Counted from the whole stretch's first letter, positions 26,492 to 39,329 are shown. The stretch: 56,236 bases of DNA, filler included, from Bipalium vagum (GCA_037834085.1; 3 parts of 3 records of this genome joined end to end with filler, not necessarily neighbours in it); one strand, 5' to 3'. Notes: generated by a model from the sequence alone, not told the origin. Program-made: numbers and translations.

Positions 26492-28733
26492 TCAATCAAT
26501 ATCGCCACTTTGCACATTTCGATGGTCGCTGTCGTCGAAAGAGTATTTCATGTACCGTTGCAGCTCAGAATCGCAAAATTTATCAATACTGGGCCAAAGA
26601 GGCAAATGAAGTTGGTGAAGTTTCACATTGCTCCGCAACAAGCGTGATGAGTTACAATTGGATATATTCCCACTGTTTCCGTCTGTGCGTGCTTTATTGC
26701 CTGTGGAACCTGGATCAATAATAATAATTGTAATAATAAAACACTAAAATACAATATAATAATTATAATGTCAATAAAATAATTATAAATATGAAAAATT
26801 TTTATTTAATAATAATAATTAACAAAATAAAATAGATAATAATTGATTTTTTAATTAAGAAATTCAATTAATCAAAGATTGTATAGAAAAAATAAGGCAA
26901 CCCTTAGCGGAGGAGTCAGGCGGAGCGGACATGGTCAAAGAGTCTTTACTCATGCTGAGATGCATCATGATTTGTCGGGCGATAGGATTGGACTCGCGAC
27001 TGGTTATGTTGACGATCGATTTTTGCAACGACCACAGGGATCGTTTTGGAGGTCTGATGGAGAATTTTTTGTGAGTGAAATCGAATTTGTCAACAGCAAC
27101 GTCGATGAGTTCCGTTTTCGGTTCCCCTTTCATTTCGAAACACGTCCTGATCAATTCCAGGAGAAACGAGCAGGAGTTGCAGGAAGAGATGGAGAAAGAG
27201 CAATTATTAATTAATTATAATTATTAATAATGATATTAACAATTAATAACAATAAGAAATAATAATTTTAATAATTTACAATAATAATTATGATAATAAC
27301 AATAATCTCTAAAGTAATCAATAATAATGAAAATCAATAAAAATCTGAAATAATAAAAATCAAAAAATAATTGATAATTATTAAAAAGAATTATAATTTT
27401 TTCATGCGAAAAAGAAAATCAAATTTAATTAATTATTATCATTTGAAAAAATGAAACCTCAATTAAACGTTTGAGAAAAAAAATCAATATCACTGTCATC
27501 ATTCACTTACTTTATCAAACTGTGATCCAGTCGATCACTGATTGGCTGACTGTTTTCATTGACCGATGTGACCCCAAAATTATGATCAACGACTGATCGA
27601 TCGGAAGAACGCTTTCTCCATGACGACGAAGACGATTTACCACCACCACCACCACTACCACCGGAACCGATCATTTTTGTCTGTTTCTTCATCTGATGTA
27701 CGGCATGTTCGTCCGAAGAACCATTGCTCGTTGCACCAGTCGTCAATGACGTCGTCAAGTGCGAAGGGGTCACAACGGTCGGATTACCGGAACTCAAATG
27801 GCAAATTCGCAACTTGATCTTGGGAGAGCTCTCTACGATCGGTTGCGGAGCCGAATTCATGGTACAACCTGTTGCTGTCGGTGGCGTAACCAAGTTCGTG
27901 ATTGCTGGCTGTATCGTTGTCAAGGTCGTAACAGTTCCACCTGGAACTGTTAATAAACTGGCAGTTCCAATGTGACCCGTTGACGAGTTTGTAGTTCCAC
28001 AGTGAACCGGGGTCACCGTTGCGTTCCCTGGTGTTGGACTAAGCTTGGAACCCGCATCACCGATAATCTGACGACGACTATTGTAATGACGAATCGTTGG
28101 GCGTCCAGACTTGCTCAAAGCGACGTTGAAAAGCGCTCCGATTCGATTTTTTCCAAGTCCCGCAGCAGCAAACCAGGGACCGTCATAGTCAAGACTGACG
28201 CTCTTGTCCGGTTGCAAATAGAGCGGCGCCGATGGGTAACAGAAGTTTGAAGGTCGGTGGCTCAGGTAAGTTTCGAAGATCGTTAACGGACACTTGTCCT
28301 TTGCGTTGGGTGTCTCGTAAATGGTCTTGGGAACGAAGCGCGTGTTGAAAACGGCTCTGGACCCGTTGCTACTGGTTCCGGTTGGGTTTCCTGTGTTGTG
28401 ACTGTTGAATGAACGATTAAACAACATTTTCTTGATCGGACCTTCCTTGTCGACGATTATGTTTCCCAAGCATAACTTTGCGTGGTCGGTGCGACTGCTG
28501 ATGCCGAAATAGTGGGAAATGTAGAACCAAACAGACACTAAGATTTCTTCTGGTCCATAGTTGCCCATAGCTTTAGATTTCCATAAATTCTCGATTATTC
28601 CATCGCTGTACAGATTGTTCAGATCATCGTTTTGCATTTCGCATTGAATTTGAGAGGAAATGTTTGATGTTGTTACAATTATTAATTGACTGTCGTCCGC
28701 GTCTTCACTATCTGAATTGTCGTCTGATTTCAT
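26492..28733 (-). CDS. Crypton-derived DUF3504-domain protein (QRICH1/ZMYM2-4/KIAA1958-type domain), ~561 aa; exons 28733-27511, 27146-26902, 26709-26492
   Basis: DUF3504-like motifs: LW...MG...PEEIL.SVWFY...YFG....DH..L, CPL.IF..YLSHRP, PLYLQP, WF....LGKNRIG. The ORF-track 'stop' lies inside a perfect GTAAGT donor at 27510. Both introns are GT-AG with matching phases (2 and 1) and give one open 1686-nt frame. The second donor (GTTGCC) is weak. The frame is also open 15 codons upstream of the ATG up to a TAG acceptor, so an upstream exon is possible. Confidence 0.82.
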
Positions 28734-30184
28734 GCTGGAAATATGTCCAGATATTTTGGCGTTACTTATTTCAGGCCACTAAGGGGTAGTTAAATATAAA
28801 AGCGAAATGAAATTAAATTTTCAGTTTAATGACCAAGTTTAATAATTCTATTTCAAAAATGCACCAATTTTAAACAAATGTTTATCCCAAAACGTCGGCG
28901 TAAAAATTAGAGTTCGTATAATTAAAAATAATAATTAATATCTAAGATCGAAATCTAAGATTTAGAATTATTCAAAAATATTAAAAAGTATTAGTAAATA
29001 ATTTTTAAAATTTAATCAAATTCTACATAAAATTTTTTAATAAAGTAATTCATTTTATTTTTTATTCATAAAAATGTTTTTAATCTTTCATAAAAAGTTT
29101 ATATTTATAATTAAAGCTACAAATGTTAAGTGATTACGTAATTAAATTTCATTTACGTTCCCTAGTGCAAACAAATATATTTTGCCGAAAAATAATAAAA
29201 TTATCACTATCATAAGACAACCAACCAGCCTTGAAATAGGTAATTAAATGCTTTATGATTTTTATTTATAACAGGTTATTCTAGCTCTTATTGATTTTTA
29301 TATAGTTTTTTTTACCCTAAAGTAAAAATCCATAATAATAAACTATCGATGAAAAAATAAATTAATAATTAATAATCATTATAAATTTTTAAAGGCACAT
29401 AATTTCCTGTGTTGATTGATTTCATATTCAATTAAATTTGAAAATAACTAATATACTGACTTCCAAAATAGTTAAATTTTTTAAAAAAGGGCTTAAAATA
29501 TCGTTATTTTTCATCGATTGTGCTTTTTATTATCTTTTCTATTAATCTGGGATAATTAGTTTAGTAAGATAGGAAGTAGAAAAGTGTATTTGTGTTTTGA
29601 CCGTGGTGAGTTTGAAAAAATTACTGACATGTTTAATTTTTCTGTTGGAAAGAAATAAATTTTATTATGTAATCATGTAAGTTTTTGCCGATAAATCAAT
29701 GAGTGGACCTAATCACAATTACTGAATGAGTCAGATTGGGTTTGGTTTATATTGTATTAGCAAGTTGTTGCAATGTCAATTCCTTTAATAAATAAAACTG
29801 GGAAGTCATTTAAAAATATTTCAAAATAAAAATAATCAATGAATATGTGAAGATCGTGTCCAGGTGAAATACAACGAGGAGCATAAAAAACAATGGTGCA
29901 TTTATCTAACTCTATTTTTTGTTTCAAAAATTTAATTAAATTTTTTATGTATGTGTTATATACGAGATACCAATGACTTATATTTTGGTGATCCAATTAT
30001 TATCTTTTTTGTAATATTTGTGGTGATCGTGTCTGAGCTGCAGCTAGATGAGGTCCTTCCTAGAGACAAAGATTCATGCATGTAAAAAAATTGATTTTAG
30101 ATAATTTGATTTTAATTTATATTTTATTTAACATTATATTATTTCTGGTAAAAAGAAACTTATTTATTTTGTGATTAAATAATT

Positions 30185-30860
30185 CTGTCTTAGTGTATTG
30201 ATTTTATTTATTGTGTGAAATGTAAAAGCGTTTAAATTTTTTGGAATCAGATTTAGCTTATACCAATTGATTAGAAAGATTATCCATCAATCGATGTGTG
30301 TTTTTATGTTGCTCAGATGGCAGTCTGAAACAGGTATTACTACCGTTTTGGCAGCCAATTAAAGTTGAGAGTTTGACAGATTAACGATAAAAGTAGAATA
30401 ATACTTGGGTCTCATAAACCTCTATATATTTTTGGAATGATTATTAATAATTATAAAGTTAAATTAATTAAAAATTAATTCTGCGACAGTTGCTGTTATT
30501 AATAATAAGCAATTCGATAAGAATTAATCGATACAAATAATTAACATTCTTTTTTACTTGTCTCTGTGAGTTGATATTTGTTTGCAGTTTTGGTGAACTC
30601 GACGACAAAAATGTTATTCTTATCACAGAGACTCTTGACTTACTGTATTCCTAAATTTTATTATAATTTAATAAAATTGTAATCGTTATTTAAAAATATA
30701 CTTTAGTGGTGTTATATCGTCTTAGCAAATTTTTTTCATTTTTGTTGGTGTGAAATGTAGTACTATAAGTATCTAAATCTGTTGGAGTCAGATTTAAGTT
30801 ATCAAAGCCGATTAGAAAGGTGAGCTGTCAATCAACCTTTTGTATATTTTTCGTTGCAAT
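30185..30860. repeat. Diverged direct duplication (~130-bp alignable blocks, 535 bp apart)
   Basis: gtcttag...gtgtgaaatgta...ttggaRtcagattta...gattagaaag...tcaatc...gttgc at ~30187-30311 and ~30718-30857. Confidence 0.65.
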
Positions 30861-32244
30861 CACTACAGTCACTCCTCAACACTCAAACTGCTGTGCAGGA
30901 TATTCGTGATCATCCACATAATTCTTATATAGTTAATTTCAATATTATTTAAGGTCTCTCACTGGACAGTTAATCTGTCAATGACGACGTACATTTTTCA
31001 ACTAAATATTACAAAAAAGATTTTATTTCTAAAATATTATGAAAAATAAATTTATTATAGTTCTAATTAGTCTACTACTAATTACTTGTCGAATGATCTA
31101 AACTTTACCGAAAACAGAATTTCAAATACTGAGACTTCAATCGAAATCTTTAAATTAATATTTTTATTTAGTACCAAAATTTGATGATGTTCACATTATT
31201 TTTATAATTTACAGTAAGAGACAATTCTCACATATTGATCTGACAAGTCTAGAATGCAAAGTTGATAGTTAGAACAATAAGTCAAGTGTATTTCGTCTTT
31301 AGAACAGTCAGAAAAAATGTATTAAAAAGTAATTTGAAGACGACTTCTTAAAAATATTCAAAGACAAGGGAACTATTTCTAAATCACCATCTGAGTGATA
31401 AATACAAAGTGAAACTCCAGATATATTTTAAGTATATCCCAGGTGATTATTCACAAACCATTTTCTTATTTCTTTCATGCTCATCATAATCATTTATTTA
31501 AAGCACGATACACGGTTATCAAAATTTTAACTTAGTTGACCTCTATCATTTATAGTTTTTAATTATATTTAACAACTCATCATATTAAACTGAATTTGTA
31601 TTAATTTATCCTGGAAACTATGCACCTGACACTAATAGAAATAAACATTCCATTTTTTATCGTGGTTCGATATTTATGATTTTCTACTTCCACTTTTCAA
31701 CAATTGGTCTTTACATAAAGAACATTCACATTACGTAACCCATTGTCTCTGACTTCCAAAAATCAGTAGCGTCAATTTATAAGAAACTCATTTTAAAAAT
31801 AATCGATCTTAACATTTTACATGTCCATTATAACTTCAATTTAAAATCATCGCCAAGATTTGATAGATCACTAAAATCTTTCAAAACAATTTTAACAATT
31901 TTAAGTTTTTAGGAAGTCTTTTTAATTAGTCGATTTTAAAATATCGTGTTAAAAAATATCGGTCATTAACAAAAAATCCATTTATATATAAAAGTTGCAA
32001 TATCCGTCTTTGCTATCACTTTCCGTCATTGATTTGTTTATCGATTTCAAGTATAACAGTGTAAATATTCTAAAATCGATGATAATAATGACGGGAAAAA
32101 AGGTTCCATCAAAAAATTTCCTGATAAATCTCAATCAATCAATAAATACAAATAAATAAGAATCACACCACTTCACTGGTCGATTTCATTGTTTGGTTGA
32201 CTGACCACAAACGCATACGGAAAAAATCAATAAATCGTTTTTTC

Positions 32245-33414
32245 TCACATCAATAAACACTTCGAAGGTGACGCCGGTGTGTCAGAGGAAATGTGTCCCG
32301 ATCTGGCTGCTGTCGTTGAAGGAGCTTGCGCAGAAACGGGCTGAGAATGGTCGTTCAGAGAACGTTGTATCGCCAGCGCCAAATTATAATCCTCCTCTTC
32401 TTGTCGTTTTTTTCGATCGATTTCATTGTTTCGTTCCGAATTTGAACTCTTAAAACAAAAAAACAATTTAATTAATAATCGGTCGATAGAAAAATAATAA
32501 AATCATTATTTAAATTGAAAAATCAATATTGATAAAATCTTTAAAATAAGCCAATGGAAATTTTTAAGAAATCTAATTGGGTAAAATAAAACTTAAAAAA
32601 ATCAACAGTCAATTGAAGAAAACCCCAATTGGATAAATATGATACAATTAAATATTTTCAAAATTGAATATTAAAAAAATTTAAAATTGATTAAATTTTA
32701 AAAATGAATCAATAAAAATACTGAAAATTTAATTGTTTAAACTAAAATTTAAAACTAAAAAAACGATATATTTAATAAAAATCATTAAATAATTATAAAG
32801 ACTAGTGATTTTATTTTTTATGTTGGAAGAAATCAATACCATAACCATGGGAATGAGAATTACTTTGATCTGAGAAAATCGAAGTTGGCTGAATTTGCCA
32901 CAGTCGTGATCGACCTCCAATCGATGGCGCAGACAGAACGATTTGTGACAGCTCCCACAGACGATCTTCATCGTCTCCCTCGTCTTGCACCGGGCCACGG
33001 AACACTTATTGCTGAAGATCTTCAAAAGAGAAGCAGGACAAGAACAAGAGCTCGTGATCGAATAGTTAAAATCAAAAATCGATTATACTTTTCCTTTCAT
33101 CGATTTGGCGGGTTGAGACGTGCAGTTGGAGAGAATGTGGTTTTCCACGAATACGTCCGGTGGCTGATTACGGTCGCAGGGAATTGGCACTCCACACAAC
33201 GGACAGGCGGGGATTTGGAAATTGGTCGCGCTGGGACAGCCGTGGTCTTCAAAACGGAAGTGGTCTTTGCAAAACAGTTTCTGACACTGCTGACATTTTA
33301 TGGGTAGAAAATCTGGAAGGAAGTTTGTTGATTTGTGTTTGAATTGTTATAATTAGTACCTAACTGTCGACAATCGGACTTTGAACATTGAGCTCCAAGA
33401 TCGGGAAATTCCAT
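32245..33414 (-). CDS. ZFAND2B: AN1-type zinc finger protein 2B / AIRAP-like, 212 aa; exons 33414-33360, 33312-33089, 33019-32864, 32448-32245
   Basis: [25 protein letters not shown]..C...FCKDH (AN1); PACPLC..PIP......PD..V..HI...C (UBZ-like); second AN1 ending FCLRHR...DHDC; UIM EEEDYNLALAIQRSL; CaaX CLLM. Three GT-AG introns (47, 69, 415 bp) with consistent phases. Confidence 0.93.
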
Positions 33415-34827
33415 TGCAAAAGGTATTATGAAATTAATATATTACAAATAGATTTTTAAATATGAAGAGTTATTTAGATTAGATAAACAAACTTATTTTA
33501 CTACAGTATTTTGAGATTTTATGAATAATCACTGAAAAATACTTTTATTAATCTGCATAATTTATTATTAGTTAATTTATTTTTCAATTTTTTGCTACAA
33601 TTACTATCCTTGATTAATTTATTTATAAAATAATAACGGTAAACTATTGAAACAAGAAAACTATAACTTAAACAAACAATTTGTTTTGTTGAGATAACAC
33701 ACTGATGATCCTTATTACTGGGGCCCTTAAAAAGGTAACTTAACATTAAATATTATTTAATTTTTACAATTTTTCAGTATAATTAAGGTTTTAGTCAAAT
33801 AATTTTTATTTTTCTAAATTAATTAATATTTTTTGTTTTCTAGAAGTACAATTTCGATGACCCACTGATAAATGGAATAGCAACTGTGACTTTCTATTGG
33901 CTACGGGAGTTAAGGTCATGGAGATTCCTTTCAGGGAAAATATATCTTCAAAACGCACTAATATAAAACATGGTGAAATTATAATTATTATCAGAATGCC
34001 TTTAAACATCTCGGAATTAGTATAAAGACTCTTAATCTGTACAATCAATACATATTAACATCGTATAAATTATCGATCTGCTCTTTCTCTTTATTTCTAC
34101 TGTTGATATTTGGAACATTTTAATCAACTTATGAATTCAGTCTGACTCCAAAAATTCTATTGATTGTAATCACTACACGAGACCATAAATGTTTTTTATT
34201 TTAATTTTTAATAATATGAAAACTGATTATAGTTCGGGATTTCACTGGGTCTTTCACTCTAGTTAATAACTTGTTGGACTATAATTGAATTAAAATCATC
34301 ACAATGAAACTGGATTCTCTCAACAAAATGATACACAATCAAAGTCAATAAATGATTCAAGTTTATTAACGTGATACGATAAAAATATTCCAAAATCTGA
34401 TATCAAAAGGTCAATGGATCAATGTAACTCAAACAAAGTAACAAAAAAAATAAATAAATGTAAACCAACATTCAATTTAATAAATAAATAAATGTAATTG
34501 GTTAATGAATCGAATGTACAGGATCAAATGATTAATTGTCAATGACAAATAGTTAATAAAAATGTTTTGATTATTATTTAAAAGAAAAAAGCAGTTAACG
34601 AGTAACCGATAGGTGGTGATGGGTCATTGGGTCGTTAGATGAGCCCAATTTGTTCGCTCATAAGCAAGATTACATAAAATAAGAAGAATTATAATAAGTA
34701 AATTATTTTAAAAAAAAAACCATTACTCCAACCAAGTTCGAATCAAAGATTCAACTACAATAATATATTTTACGGAAAAGGTGGTTAACTGATTATATTA
34801 CATCAGTACATATTACTCAAGTACATA

Positions 34828-36425
34828 CACTACCGTCGGAAAGTATTTGTACACCCTTCTTAAAATGCAAAATGATAAATTTTTCTAACATAGTTAAATG
34901 TTTTCTTTAAAAACCAATTGTAATTGTAAATTTATTAGGATCCTTACATATAGATAACAATGGAACACAAAGATAATAAATTTTACAATATGAATTTCTA
35001 CATTTTAATTTTTATAAAATTTAGCTAAAAAATATTTTTAAAATCTTTATCATTTTATTCGGATATAATTAAAGCAAGTAAAGTTAAATTAATATTTTTA
35101 AATTACTGTTAATATAAATTAGTTGAAAAGCCAATTTCTTAATTAGTTCATTTTTGATTTTGTCTAAGTTGGGATTTAAAAATAAGTAAGATTTTTTAAA
35201 ATAATTTTAATGTTGTTTAATAATTTTAATATATTAAGGTATGGTTAAAACTATTGAGATTTCGCTGGAGAAAAGGTGTATGATTATTTCCCAACATAAA
35301 ATGAATATCAGTGCTCGTCACATTGGCAGGAATTTAAAATTATGGCATACCACAATCAGCGCTATAATAAAGAAATACAATGATACCGGTATTATTAAGA
35401 ACAATAAAAGAGCTGGACGACCAAGAAAAACTATTGATACAGAAGACCGTATAATTATAATAACGAACAAGTGTAATAGACGTCTAACGGCATCAGAAAT
35501 TGCCTCTCACATAAACCATGCCGGGAAAGAGGTATTAGCGTAACAACGGTAAAAGACCGGCTCATAAGGCCGGTCTATTTGGAAGAATTGCTGCTAGAAA
35601 ATCATTACTTCGGTCTAAAAATAAGAAGATAAGATTGAAATGGACCAGGGAACACCAAAACTGGTTATCCGAAGACTGGTGTCAGATACTTTGGTCGGAT
35701 GAATCGAAGTTTGAAGTTTTTGGATCTAGAAAGCGTGTATTTGTTCGCAGGTCTTCTGGTGAGAGGTTCTCAGATCAATGCATAATCCAAACAATGAGGA
35801 GGAGGATCTGTTATGATATTGGTTTGTTTTGGTGGTCCATCATTAAGAGATCTAATCAAAATTGATGGGAAACTATTCAATGAAGGCTATAAAAACATAT
35901 TACGAAGTAACGCTATTCCTTCTGGACTAAGAATTATCAGCAATAATTTTACTTTTCAACAAGACAATGATCCCAAACATAAAGCCAAACTATGTCAGGA
36001 TTATTTGAAAAATATGGAAAAGAAAATTATCATAAAAAATGATCTGGCCCTCTCAATCACCTGACCTTAATTCCATAGAGTTACTATGGGATGAATTGGA
36101 CCGAACTGTTAGAAAAACCTACCCAAATTCACAGAAGGATCTGTGGCAGAAACTCTAGAACGAATGTGTAAAAATTAAACCAGTTACCTTAAGAAATTTA
36201 TTAGAAAGGCTATGTCATATGATCATTGAAAAACAAGAAGGTTACATGGATGAAGCTTCGGTTAAATGCTTAATTAGTTATTTTAAATTTTTCTTATGTT
36301 ACTATGTATGGTAATTATCAATAAATATGTGTTGAAAAAATCTTAACTTTTATTGGTTTTTTGTAAAAGTTGTTAGAGTTCAAAGTTATACTTAAAGGGT
36401 GTACAAATACTTTCCGACGGTAGTG
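34828..36425 (+). mobile_element. Full-length Tc1 (DD34E) transposon, 1598 bp, with frameshifted transposase from 35241
   Basis: Perfect 31-bp TIRs CACTACCGTCGGAAAGTATTTGTACACCCTT (34828-34858 / 36395-36425); TA on both flanks; GRPRKT, WSDESKF, FQQDNDPKH and SPDLNSIELLW motifs spread across several frames. Confidence 0.97.
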
Positions 36426-38633
36426 TATATTTTATTCATCATGTTTTTATGCTATGTTATGTATTTCTACACTGCTACTACTACTACTACTACTACTATT
36501 GTTAAGATTTTTTTGTAAAAAAGCTAATATCAATATAAAATGTTTAATTGCTATCCGATTTTTTTAATTTTTTCAAAGAGTTATTACAATTATTTATAAT
36601 TAATTAATGACATTTATTTTTAATTTCCATAATTGCAATAAAAACTGTCTTATTTTCATTAAATTAGCTCAGTGTCAAAATTTCTACCACTAACCCTGAG
36701 AACCCAATAACCTAAATTTATCAAAATTACATTGTTTAAGAAACTGAACAGAATTTCAAATTATTACAAGAATATTATTATTTTCCATATCCAAATTTGA
36801 CAATGAATCGTAATTTATCATTAATAATTTTTTAAGTACTTAAAAACAATAATATCCATAAAATGTTATTAAATGGACATAAAATTCAACTAATTTTACT
36901 AGAAAAATTTTATGTTTAATAAAATTTTCAACTTTATCAGTATGCTTAATATTCAACGTAAGTTTATATTTGATTTTTAAAGTTTCTGTACGTAAAAATA
37001 TTTGTCGAAATTAAATTTTAAATCATAATTAAACTTTTCACGAAAAATTAACAATTATATACGAGATTATAAACGATCACAATTTTCAAATAATTGAAAT
37101 ATTTAAATTAAATGAAAGCATTAGTTTAATTGAATTAATCAGAAATAGATTAAATAAATAGCAGCACTATCCATTTGTAATTGATTTAATTACTTCCAAA
37201 AAATAATTGGTAATCTAATTTAAAATTTTAATTTCGATTTAGTGTTTGTTTAACTGCATTGATTTTATCAACGAGAATATAGTTTTTCAGGCACTTATAT
37301 AAACTCTTGTATTACATATTGCTGTCGAGAATTTAGTTCGTCCTTAAATTTTGTCAAATCAAGTTTTGGGAAGTACTATTTGACATGTCAAATGCCAATA
37401 ACCTGGTAAGATTATGGTTCATTTTTGATTTAACATTATGGCCATTTCAATCCATTTTAACTGTCATTTGCTTTGAACAAAAAGTACACCATGGTTTTCT
37501 GTTGATTTGGTTTGATGGCCAGTGTTGTTGTAACAGTTTTCAATATATATACATATATTGGAAGCCGTTTCTTGTCTAATTTGTCATTGTGAGATGAAAT
37601 TGTCCAAATTCGCTTTCCATTACTTAAAACGAGAGTTTTTTCGAGAGTTATTCAAATGAAATGGTCTATAATACCAGGAAATAGAGAAATCACAAGCGTG
37701 TTGCTCAAAGAGAAATATACAGAGAGAAATTAAAATTCTTGAAAGGGAAAGAATATATTTTAGATAAACGAATGTTCTCAATGAGAGTTTGTCCTTACCT
37801 CCATTGATTTAAGTGGAAAATTTTTTTTCTAATGATATTATCATATTTATTAATAATAATAATATTATTATCATTTTTAAAATCATTAATATTAATATTA
37901 TTATTTATTAATATTAATATTATTTTTAATATTATTAATTATTATTATTATCATTATTTTTAATAAATTATTATTATTTCTTTTAAAAAATTATTAATAT
38001 TAAAATTATTATTATTATTATTATTTAATAATATTATATTTTCAAATATTTATTATTATTAATATTAATAATTATTATTATTATAATTATTTTTAATTAA
38101 TTATTATTAATAATATTGTAATAATAACAATATTATTATTATCTAGTTATTATTATTTGTTTAGTTATTTTTACAAATTCTATTTAGTGATTTTTTTTTT
38201 TCATGAAATTTTCTTAAATTTTGATCGATTTTAAAAAAATATTATTTTGATTTGTCAGATTATTAAAAATCAAAATTATTGATGTTCATTTTCGATTTTA
38301 TTAATATTTGTCACAATAAATGAAATCACTGTGACATTGAGTTAAATATGTATTGATTAATTAGCCTAATTTATTAATCTTTTTATTTTTTTTAAACACG
38401 TTTTTTAATGTTGGAATTTTTATTTTGTAATTAATTATTTCTTTTTTTCCTGTTTTATAATTATCAAAAAAATATTCAAAAGAATTTTTCAGTTTTCTAC
38501 AGAGAAAAAATTAAATTAGTAATAAAAAAAGATTTCTGAAAATTATAAATATATTTAAAATTAAAACAATATTAAATAATATTAATAGGTCTAAGATACA
38601 GGGTCTTCCAAAAGAAGCATTACTACTTTTAAC

Positions 38634-38733
38634 NNNNNNNNNNNNNNNNNNNNNNNNNNNNNNNNNNNNNNNNNNNNTTAATTAATTAANNNNNNNNNNN
38701 NNNNNNNNNNNNNNNNNNNNNNNNNNNNNNNNN
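38634..38733. other. Artificial scaffold linker N44-TTAATTAATTAA-N44
   Basis: Same 100-bp structure as 21309-21408. The preceding contig ends just after a TACAGGGTCTTCCAAAAG transposon-end-like motif. Confidence 0.97.
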
Positions 38734-38987
38734 ACGTTAACTATCGTAAAATTGGTCAAGCTCTTTTTTATCATATGTCCCAAAACAAGAGTAACTTCGT
38801 TTCGTGGAGAGATGTGGCTCAAAATATTTTTAATGAAAAATACCATTATAACAAGAAAATGAAAAGATGCTACGGAAATGGGTTGTGCGAAAATTTTCTT
38901 AGTGTAAATAATTTTTAATAAATAAAATCGGTTGTGGTTATCATGAGCAAAAAAGGCAAGGGGTTTCCAATTTAAAACACAGACCAA
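38734..38987 (-). mobile_element. Possible hAT (DUF4371-like) transposase remnant
   Basis: LAFFAHD resembles LAFRGHD, and SHISPRNEV..LGHMIKK resembles YxSPxIQNE. Confidence 0.35.
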
Positions 38988-39329
38988 TTCTACTATTATA
39001 TTAAAAAGTAGAATCCATATTCAAGGTAACATTACCAATATCAGTCTTTGATAATGGATAATGAAAGCCTTTGATGCTCATGATCATTTTTTTATATTTC
39101 CTGAAATAAAAATCATTTTTCTCAAAGGCCGGATTCGACCAGGCGAGCTCGGTGGGCTGCGGCAAGGCGCAGTGTTTTGGAGATGTCTATGGGAAAAACT
39201 ATTCTACCTTATATTACTGTAATTTTTATCCAATGTAAGAATATTTGATTTAATTAATCCAATTGAATATTTGATTTAATTAAACCTAAATGCTTAAAAA
39301 ATTTAACAATGCTCATGGAAATGAAATTG

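Noticed and set aside
26864-27214. ORFs 26864-27154 (-) and 26879-27214 (+) as independent genes
   Set aside because: The minus ORF is exon 2 of the DUF3504 gene (phase-matched splice sites); the plus ORF is its antisense shadow.
27620-28250. Plus-strand ORFs, including the His-rich one, over the DUF3504 exon
   Set aside because: Antisense shadows of a GC-richer coding exon; the His run mirrors the GGT Gly repeat.
32268-33342. Plus-strand and alternate-frame ORFs over ZFAND2B
   Set aside because: Explained by the spliced minus-strand gene.
37800-38580. Extremely AT-rich tract as a structured element
   Set aside because: Degenerate (ATT)n low-complexity sequence next to a contig end, like 240-570; no discrete structure.
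39122-39190. GC-rich stretch resembling a hAT terminus (AGGCCGGATT...)
   Set aside because: No matching opposite terminus or 8-bp TSD was found.
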